The notes under the pieces: model-generated
Database searches by the model: none
What the model saw: the letters and a program-made list of their open reading frames with translations, nothing else
Told to the model about the DNA's origin: nothing
NCBI GenBank assembly: GCA_964016885.1
Contig: OZ024743.1
Span: 182,218,001-182,282,000 of the forward strand
DNA length: 64,000 bases
Origin: Eledone cirrhosa
Taxonomy: Eukaryota
Direction of reading: 5' to 3'
Shown here: piece by piece, positions 52,401-64,000 of the stretch
How the letters are laid out: the number at the start of each line of letters is the position of its first letter
Numbering within the stretch: the stretch's first letter is position 1
Made by a program: the position numbers and the translations under genes

Positions 52401-55400
52401 CTTGTGAACCACAATTGGTCACTATTCAACTCTCACAACCATTGTACCAGTTGTAATGACATAACAACATAGTGACAACATGTGAAACACAATTGGTCAC
52501 TATTCAACTCTCACAACCATTGTACCAGTTGTAATGACATAACAACATAGTGACAACATGTGAAACACAATTGGTCACTATTCAACTCTCACAACCATTG
52601 TACCAGTTGTAATGACATAATAACATAGTGACAACATGTGAACCACAAGTGGTCACTATTCAACTCTCACAACTATTGTACCAGTTGTAATGACATAACA
52701 ACATAGTGACAACATGTGAACCACAAGTGGTCACTATTCAACTCTCACAACCATTGTACCAGTTGTAATGACATAACAACATAGTGACAACTTGTGTACC
52801 ACAATTGCTCACTATTCAACTCTCACAACCATTGTACCAGTTGTAATGACATAACAACATAGTGACAACATGTGAACCACAAGTGGTCACTATTCAACTC
52901 TCACAACCATTGTACCAGTTGTAATGACATGATAACATAGTGACAACATGTGAACCAGAAGTGGTCACTATTCAACTCTCACAACTATCGTACCAGTTGT
53001 AATGACATAACAACATAGTGACAACATGTGAACCACAAGTGGTCACTATTCAACTCTCACAACCATTGTACCAGTTGTAATGACATAATAACATAGTGAC
53101 AACATGTGAACCACAAGTGGTCACTATTCGCCTCTCACAACTATTGTACCAGTTGTAATGACATAACAACATAGTGACAACTTGTGAACCACAAGTGGCC
53201 ACTATTCAACTCTCACAACCATTGTACCAGTTGTAATGACATAACAACATAGTGACAACATGTGAACCACAAGTGGTCACTATTCAACTCTCACAACCAT
53301 TGTACCAGTTGTAATGACATAACAACATAGTGACAACATTTGAAACGCAATTGGTCACTATTCAACTCTCACAACCATTGTACCAGTTGTAATGACATAA
53401 CAACATAGTGACAGCTTGTGAACCACAATTGGTCACTATTCAACTCTCACAACCATTGTACCAGTTGTAATGACATAACAACATAGTGACAACATGTGAA
53501 ACACAATTGGTCACTATTCAACTCTCACAACCATTGTACCAGTTGTAATGACATAACAACATAGTTACAACATGTGAAACACAATTGGTCACTATTCAAC
53601 TCTCACAACCATTGTACCAGTTGTAATGACATAATAACATAGTGACAACATGTGAACCACAAGTGGTCACTATTCAACTCTCACAACTATTGTACCAGTT
53701 GTAATGACATAACAACATAGTGACAACATGTGAACCACAAGTGGTCACTATTCAACTCTCACAACTATTGTACCAGTTGTAATGACATAACAACATAGTG
53801 ACAACATGTGAACCACAATTGGTCACTATTCAACTCTCACAACCATTGTACCAGTTGTAATGACATAACAACATAGTGACAACATGTGAACCACAAATGG
53901 TCACTATTCAACTCTCACAACTATTGTGCCAGTTGTAATGACATAACAACATAGTGACAACATGTGAACCACAAGTGGTCACTATTCAACTCTCATAACC
54001 ATTGTACGAGTTGTAATGACATAATAACATAGTGACAACATGTGAACCACAAGTGGTCACTATTCAACTCTCACAACCATTGTACCAGTTGTAATGACAT
54101 AACAACATAGTGACAACATGTGAAACACAATTGGTCACTATTCAACTCTCACATCCATTGTACCAGTTGTAATGACATAACAACATAGTGACAACATGTG
54201 AAACACAATTGGTCACTATTCAACTCTCACATCCATTGTAACAGTTGTAATGACATAACAACATAGTGACAACTTGTGAACCACAATTGGTCACTATTCA
54301 ACTCTCACAACCATTGTACCAGTTGTAATGACATAATAACATAGTGACAACATGTGAAACACAATTGGTCACTATTCAACTCTCACAACCATTGTACCAG
54401 TTGTAATGACATAACAACATAGTGACAACATGTGAACCACAAATGGTCACTATTCAACTCTCACAACTATTGTGCCAGTTGTAATGACATAACAACATAG
54501 TGACAACATGTGAAACACAATTGGTCACTATTCAACTCTCACAACCATTGTACCAGTTGTAATGACATAACAACATAGTGACAACATGTGAACCACAAGT
54601 GGTAACTATTCAACTCTCACAACCATTGTACCAGTTGTAATGACATAACAACATAGTGACAACATGTGAACCACAAGTGGTCACTATTCAACTCTCACAA
54701 CCATTGTACCAGTTGTAATGACATAACAACATAGTGACAACATGTGAACCACAAGTGGTCACTATTCAACTCTCACAACCATTGTATCAGTTGTAATGAC
54801 ATAATAACATAGTGACAACATGTGAACCACAAATGGTCACTATTCAACTCTCACAACTATTGTGCCAGTTGTAATAACATAACAACATAGTGACAACATG
54901 TGAACCACAAATGGTCACTATTCAACTCTCACAACTATTGTGCCAGTTGTAATGACATAACAACATAGTGACAACATGTGAACCACAAATGGTCACTATT
55001 CAACTCTTACAACTATTGTGCCAGTTGTAATGACATAACAACATAGTGACAACATGTGAAACACAATTGGTCACTATTCAACTCTCACAACCATTGTACC
55101 AGTTGTAATGACATAACAACATAGTGACAACTTGTGAACCACAATTGGTCACTATTCAACTCTCACAACCATTGTACCAGTTGTAATGACATAACAATAT
55201 AGTGACAACATGTGAAACACAATTGGTCACTATTCAACTCTCACAACCATTGTACCAGTTGTAATGACATAACAACATAGTGACAACATGTGAAACACAA
55301 TTGGTCACTATTCAACTCTCACAACCATTGTACCAGTTGTAATGACATAACAACATAGTGACAACTTGTGAACCACAATTGGTCACTATTCAACTCTCAC

Positions 55401-58400
55401 AACCATTGTACCAGTTGTAATGACATAACAACATAGTGACAGCTTGTGAACCACAATTGGTCACTATTCAACTCTCACAACCATTGTACCAGTTATAATG
55501 ACATAACAACATAGTGACAACATGTGAAACACAATTGGTCACTATTCAACTCTCACAACCATTGTACCAGTTGTAATGACATAACAACATAGTGACAACA
55601 TGTGAACCACAAATGGTCACTATTCAAGTCTCACAACTATTGTGCCAGTTGTAATGACATAACAACATAGTGACAACATGTGAACCACAAATGGTCACTA
55701 TTCAACTCTCACAACTATTGTGCCAGTTGTAATGACATAACAACATAGTGACAACATGTGAAACACAATTGGTCACTATTCAACTCTCACAACCATTGTA
55801 CCAGTTGTAATGACATAACAACATAGTGACAGCTTGTGAACCACAATTGGTCACTATTCAACTCTCACATCCATTGTACCAGTTGTAATGACATAACAAC
55901 ATAGTGACAACATGTGAACCACAAGTGGTCACTATTCAACTCTCACAACCATCGTACCAGTTGTAATGACATGATAACATAGTGACAACTTGTGAATCAC
56001 AATTGGTCACTATTCAACTCTCACAACCATTGTACCAGTTGTAATGACATAATAACATAGTGACAACATGTGAACCACAATTGGTCACTATTCAACTCTC
56101 ACAACCATTGTACCAGTTGTAATGACATGATAACATAGTGACAACATGTGAAACACAATTGGTCACTATTCAACTCTCACAACCATTGTACCAGTTGTAA
56201 TGACATAACAACATAATGACAGCATGTGAAACACAATTGGTCACTATTCAACTCTCACAACCATTGTACCAGTTGTAATGACATAACAACATAGTGACAA
56301 CATGTGAAACACAATTGGTCACTATTCAACTATCACAACCATTGTACCAGTTGTAATGACATAACAACATAGTGACAGCATGTGAAACACAAGTGGTCAC
56401 TATTCAACTCTCACTACCATTGTACCAGTTGTAATGACATAACAACATAGTGACAACATGTGAACCACAAGTGGTCACTATTCAACTCTCACTACCATTG
56501 TACCAGTTGTAATGACATAACAACATAGTGACAACATGTGAACCACAAGTGGTCACTATTCAACTCTCACAACTATTGTACCAGTTGTAATGACATAACA
56601 ACATAGTGACAGCATGTGAAACACAATTGGTCACTATTCAACTCTCACTACCATTGTACCAGTTGTAATGACATAACAACATAGTGACAACATGTGAACC
56701 ACAAGTGGTCACTATTCAACTCTCACAACCATTGTACCAGTTGTAATGACATAACAACATAGTGACAACATGTGAACCACAATTGGTCACTATTCAACTC
56801 TCATAACCATTGTACCAGTTGTAATGACATAATAACATAGTGACAACATGTGAAACACAATTGGTCACTATTCAACTCTCACAACCATTGTACCAGTTGT
56901 AATGACATAACAACATAGTGACAACATGTGAAACACAATTGGTCACTATTCAACTCTCACAACCATTGTACCAGTTGTAATGACATAACAACATAGTGAC
57001 AACATGTGAACCACAATTGGTCACTATTCAACTCTCACAACTATTGTACCAGTTGTAATGACATAACAACATAGTGACAACATGTGAAACACAATTGGTC
57101 ACTATTCAACTCTCACAACCACTGTACCAGTTGTAATGACATAACAACATAGTGACAACATGTGAAACACAATTGGTCACTATTCAACTATCACAACCAT
57201 TGTACCAGTTGTAATGACATAACACCATAGTGACAACATGTGAAACACAATTGGTCACTATTCAACTCTCACAACCATTGTACCAGTTGTGATGACATAA
57301 TAACATAGTGACAACATGTGAACCACAAGTGGTCACTATTCAACTCTCACAACTATTGTACCAGTTGTAATGACATAACAACATAGTGACAACATGTGAA
57401 CCACAAGTGGTCACTATTCAACTCTCACAACCATTGTACCAGTTGTAATGACATAACAACATAGTGACAACATGTGAAACACAATTGGTCACTATTCAAC
57501 TCTCACAACCATTGTACCAGTTGTAATGACATAACAACATAGTGACAACATGTGAAACACAATTGGTCACTATTCAACTCTCACAACCATTGTACCAGTT
57601 GTAATGACATAACAACATAGTGACAACATGTGAACCACAAATGGTCACTATTCAACTCTCACAACTATTGTGCCAGTTGTAATGACATAACAACATAGTG
57701 ACAACATGTGAACCACAAGTGGTCACTATTCAACTCTCACAACTATTGTACCAGTTGTAATGACATAACAACATAGTGACAACATGTGAACCACAAGTGG
57801 TCACTATTCAACTCTCACAACCATTGTACCAGTTGTAATGACATAACAACATAGTGACAACATGTGAAACACAATTGGTCACTATTCAACTCTCACAACC
57901 ATTGTACCAGTTGTAATGACATAACAACATGGTGACAACATGTGAAACACAATTGGTCACTATTCAACTCTCCAAAACCATTGTACCAGTTGTAATGACA
58001 TAACAACATAGTGACAACAGGTGAACCACAATTGGTCACTATTCAACTCTCACAACCATTGTACCAGTTGTAATGACATAATAACATAGTGACAACATGT
58101 GAACCACAATTGGTCACTATTCAACTCTCACAACCATTGTACCAGTTGTAATGACATGATAACATAGTGACAACATGTGAAACACAATTGGTCACTATTC
58201 AACTCTCACAACCATTGTACCAGTTGTAATGACATAACAACATAATGACAGCATGTGAAACACAATTGGTCACTATTCAACTCTCACAACCATTGTACCA
58301 GTTGTAATGACATAACAACATAGTGACAACATGTGAAACACAATTGGTCACTATTCAACTATCACAACCATTGTACCAGTTGTAATGACATAACAACATA

Positions 58401-61400
58401 GTGACAACATGTGAAACACAATTGGTCACTATTCAACTCTCACAACCATTGTACCAGTTGTAATGACATAACAACATAGTGACAACATGTGAAACACAAT
58501 TGGTCACTATTCAACTATCACAACCATTGTACCAGTTGTAATGACATAACACCATAGTGACAACATGTGAAACACAATTGGTCACTATTCAACTCTCACA
58601 ACCATTGTACCAGTTGTAATGACATAATAACATAGTGACAACATGTGAACCACAAGTGGTCACTATTCAACTCTCACAACTATTGTACCAGTTGTAATAA
58701 CATAACAACATAGTGACAACATGTGAACCACAAGTGGTCACTATTCAACTCTCACAACCATTGTACCAGTTGTAATGACATAACTACATAGTGACAACAT
58801 GTGAAACACAATTGGTCACTATTCAACTCTCACAACCATTGTACCAGTTGTAATGACATAACAACATAGTGACAACATGTGAAACACAATTGGTCACTAT
58901 TCACCTCTCACAACCATTGTACCAGTTGTAATGACATAACAACATAGTGACAACATGTGAAGCACAAATGGTCACTATTCAACTCTCACAACTATTGTGC
59001 CAGGTGTAATGACATAACAACATAGTGACAACATGTGAACCACAAGTGGTCACTATTCAACTCTCACAACTATTGTACCAGTTGTAATGACATAACAACA
59101 TAGTGACAACATTTGAACCACAAGTGGTCACTATTCAACTCTCACAACCATTGTACCAGTTGTAATGACATAACAACATAGTGACAACATGTGAACCACA
59201 AGTGGTCACTATTCAACTCTCACAACCATTGTACCAGTTGTAATGACATAACAACATAGTGACAACATCTGAACCACAAATGGTCACTATTCAACTCTCA
59301 CAACTATTGTACCAGTTGTAATGACATAACAACATAGTGACAACATGTGAACCACAAATGGTCACTATTCAACTCTCACAACTATTGTACCAGTTGTAAT
59401 GACATAACAACATAGTGACAACATGTGAAACACAATTGGTCACTATTCAACTCTCACAACCATTGTACCAGTTGTAATGACATAACACCATAGTGACAAC
59501 ATGTGAAACACAATTGGTCACTATTCAACTCTCACAACCATTGTACCAGTTGTAATGACATAACAACATAGTGACAACATGTGAACCACAAGTGGTCACT
59601 ATTCAACTCTCACAACCATAGTACCAGTTGTAATGACATAACAACATAGTGACAACATGTGAACCACAAATGGTCACTATTCAACTCTCACAACTATTGT
59701 ACCAGTTGTAATGACATAACAACATAGTGACAACATGTGAAACACAATTGGTCACTATTCAACTCTCACAACCATTGTACCAGTTGTAATGACATAACAA
59801 CATAGTGACAACATGTGAACCACAAATGGTCACTATTCAACTCTCACAACTATTGTGCCTGTTGTAATGACATAACAACATAGTGACAACATGTGAACCA
59901 CAAGTGGTCACTATTCAACTCTCATAACCATTGTACGAGTTGTAATAACATAACAACATAGTGACAACATGTGAACCACAAGTGGTCACTATTCAACTCT
60001 CACAACTATTGTACCAGTTGTAATGACATAACAACATAGTGACAACATGTGAAACACAAGTGGTCACTATTCAACTCTCACAACCATTGTACCAGTTGTA
60101 ATGACATAACAACATAGTGACAACATCTGAACCACAAATGGTCACTATTCAACTCTCACAACTATTGTACCAGTTGTAATGACATAACAACATAGTGACA
60201 ACATGTGAACCACAAATGGTCACTATTCAACTCTCACAACTATTGTACCAGTTGTAATGACATAACAACATAGTGACAACATGTGAAACACAATTGGTCA
60301 CTATTCAACTCTCACAACCATTGTACCAGTTGTAATGACATAACACCATAGTGACAACATGTGAAACACAATTGGTCACTATTCAACTCTCACAACCATT
60401 GTACCAGTTGTAATGACATAACAACATAGTGACAACATGTGAACCACAAGTGGTCACTATTCAACTCTCACAACCATAGTACCAGTTGTAATGACATAAC
60501 AACATAGTGACAACATGTGAACCACAAATGGTCACTATTCAACTCTCACAACTATTGTACCAGTTGTAATGACATAACAACATAGTGACAACATGTGAAA
60601 CACAATTGGTCACTATTCAACTCTCACAACCATTGTACCAGTTGTAATGACATAACAACATAGTGACATGTGAACCACAAATGGTCACTATTCAACTCTC
60701 ACAACTATTGTGCCTGTTGTAATGACATAACAACATAGTGACAACATGTGAACCACAAGTGGTCACTATTCAACTCTCATAACCATTGTACGAGTTGTAA
60801 TAACATAACAACATAGTGACAACATGTGAACCACAAGTGGTCACTATTCAACTCTCACAACTATTGTACCAGTTGTAATGACATAACAACATAGTGACAA
60901 CATGTGAAACACAAGTGGTCACTATTCAACTCTCACAACCATTGTACCAGTTGTAATGACATAACAACATAGTGACAACATGTGAACCACAATTGGTCAC
61001 TATTCAACTCTCACAACCATTGTACCAGTTGTAATGACATAACAACATAGTGACAACATGCGAACCACAAGTGGTCACTATTCAACTCTCAGAACCATTG
61101 TACCAGTTGTAATGACATAACAACATAGTGACAACTTGTGAACCACAATTGGTCACTATTCAACTCTCACAACCATTGTACCAGTTGTAATGACATAACA
61201 ACATAGTGACAACATGTGAAACACAATTGGTCACTATTCAACTCTCACAACCATCGTACCAGTTGTAATGACATAACAACATAGTGACAAAATGTGAAAC
61301 ACAATTGGTCACTATTCAACTCTCACAACCATTGTACCAGTTGTAATGACATAACAACATAGTGACAGTTTGTGAATCACAATTGGTCACTATTCAACTC

Positions 61401-64000
61401 TCACAACCATTGTACCAGTTATAATGACATAACAACATAGTGACAACATGTGAACCACAAGTGGTCACTATTCAACTCTCACAACCATTGTACCAGTTTT
61501 AATGACATAACACCATAGTGACAACATGTGAAACACAATTGGTCACTATTCAACTCTCATAACCATTGTACCAGTTGTAATGACATAATAACATAGTGAC
61601 AACATGTGAACCACAAGTGGTCACTATTCAACTCTCACAACTATTGTACCAGTTGTAATGACATAACAACATGGTGACAACATGTGAACCACAAGTGGTC
61701 ACTATTCAACTCTCACAACCATTGTACCAGTTGTAATGACATAACAACATAGTGACAACATGTGAACCACAAATGGTCACTATTCAACTCTCACAACTAT
61801 TGTACCAGTTGTAATGACATAACAACATAGTGACAACATGTGAACCACAAGTGGTCACTATTCAACTCTCACAACCATTGTACCAGTTGTAATGACGTAA
61901 CACCATAGTGACAACATGTGAAACACAATTGGTCACTATTCAACTCTCACAACCATTGTACCAGTTATAATGACATAACAACATAGTGACAACATGTGAA
62001 CCACAAGTGGTCACTATTCAACTCTCACAACCATTGTACCAGTTGTAATGACATAACACCATAGTGACAACATGTGAAACACAATTGGTCACTATTGAAC
62101 TCTCACAACCATTGTACCAGTTGTAATGACATAATAACATAGTGACAACATGTGAACTACAAGTGGTCACTATTCAACTCTCACAACCATTGTACCAGTT
62201 GTAATGACATAATAACATAGTGACAACATGTGAAACACAATTGGTCACTATTCAACTCTCACAACCATTGTACCAGTTGTAATGACATAACAACATAGTG
62301 ACAACATGTGAACCACAAATGGTCACTATTCAACTCTCACAACCATTGTACCTGTTGTAATGACGTAACACCATAGTGACAACATGTGAAACACAATTGG
62401 TCACTATTCAACTCTCACAACCATTGTACCAGTTATAATGACATAACAACATAGTGACAACATGTGAACCACAAGTGGTCACTATTCAACTCTCACAACC
62501 ATTGTACCAGTTGTAATGACATAACAACATAGTGACAGCTTGTGAACCACAATTGGTCACTATTCAACTCTCACAACCATTGTACCAGTTGTAATGACAT
62601 AACAACATAGTGACAACATGTGAAACACAATTGGTCACTATTCAACTCTAACAACCATTGTACCAGTTGTAATGACATAACAACATAGTGACAGCTTGTG
62701 AACCACAATTGGTCACTATTCAACTCTCACAACCATTGTACCAGTTGTAATGACATAACAACATAGTGACAACATGTGAACCACAAATGGTCACTATTCA
62801 ACTCTCACAACCATTGTACCAGTTGTAATGACATAACAACATAGTGACAACATGTGAAACACAATTGGTCAATATTCAACTCTCACAACCATTGTACCAG
62901 TTGTAATGACATAACAACATAGTCACAACATGTGAAATACAATTGGTCACTATTCAACTCTCACAACCATTGTACTAGTTGTAATGACATAACAACATAG
63001 TGACAACATGTGAAACACAATTGATCACTATTCAACTCTCACAACCATCGTACCAGTTGTAATGACATAATAACATAGTGACAACATGTGAACCACAAGT
63101 GGTCACTATTCAACTCTCACAACTATTGTACCAGTTGTAATGACATAACAACATAGTGACAACATGTGAACCACAAGTGGTCACTATTCAACTCTCACAA
63201 CTATTGTACCAGTTGTAATGACATAACAACATAGTGACAACATGTGAAACACAAGTGGTCACTATTCAACTCTCACAACCATTGTACCAGTTGTTATTAC
63301 ATAACAACATAGTGACAACATGTGAACCACAAGTTGTCACTATTCAACTCTCACAACCATTGTACCAGTTGTAATGACATAACAACATAGTGACAACATG
63401 TGAACCACAAGTGGTCACTATTCAACTCTCACAACTATTGTACCAGTTGTCATGACATAACAACATAGTGACAACATGTGAAACACAAGTGGTCACTATT
63501 CAACTCTCACAACTATTGTACCAGTTGTAATGACATAACAACATAGTGACAACATGTGAACCACAAGTGGTCACTATTCAACTCTCACAACCATTGTACC
63601 AGTTGTAATGACATAACAACATAGTGACAACATGTGAACCACAAGTGGTCACTATTCAACTCTCACAACCATTGTACCAGTTGTAATGACATAACACCAT
63701 AGTGACAACATGTGAACCATAAATGGTCACTATTCAACTCTCACAACCATTGTACCAGTTGTAATGACATAACAACATAGTGACAACATGTGAAACACAA
63801 TTGGTCACTATTCAACTCTAACAACCATTGTACCAGTTGTAATGACATAACAACATAGTGACAGCTTGTGAACCACAATTGGTCACTATTCAACTCTCAC
63901 AACCATTGTACCAGTTGTAATGACATAACAACATAGTGACAACATGTGAACCACAAATGGTCACTATTCAACTCTCACAACCATTGTACCAGTTGTAATG
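40449..64000. repeat. 78-bp satellite array, ~300 monomers, continues past the window end
   Basis: Unit accattgtaccagttgtaatgacataacaacatagtgacaacatgtgaa(a/c)cacaa(t/g/a)tggtcactattcaactctcaca; period 40501->40579. The consensus has stops in all six frames. Confidence 0.99.

Noticed and set aside
40449-64000. 78-bp (26-codon) array as a repetitive protein or C2H2 zinc-finger gene
   Set aside because: The consensus monomer has stop codons in all six frames; C2H2 arrays have an 84-bp period and TGEKP linkers, which are absent.

Overview
Eukaryotic, gene-free, repeat-saturated DNA with a 200-N gap at 16502-16701. An invertebrate origin, plausibly cephalopod/Octopus, is inferred from the SINE types and the very long (TA)n tracts and is not proven. 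The first ~40 kb is a mosaic of decayed mobile elements: RTE-clade LINEs (one with a PHD-type finger inside its RT), a GIY-YIG Penelope-like element (Naiad-like), a Dong/R4 RLE LINE, two Tx1/L1-clade LINEs, non-autonomous Helitrons, MITEs, tRNA-derived SINEs, minisatellites of 38/37, 35 and 10 bp, and microsatellites. It also holds four identical minimal hammerhead ribozymes in Penelope-type terminal repeats, arranged as two inverted pairs within (TA)n tracts. The last ~23.5 kb is a homogeneous 78-bp satellite of ~300 monomers; each monomer carries two internal hairpins and the array shows multi-monomer duplications. No intact host protein-coding gene, CRISPR array or rRNA/tRNA gene is supported. 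All identities and alignments were judged by eye.
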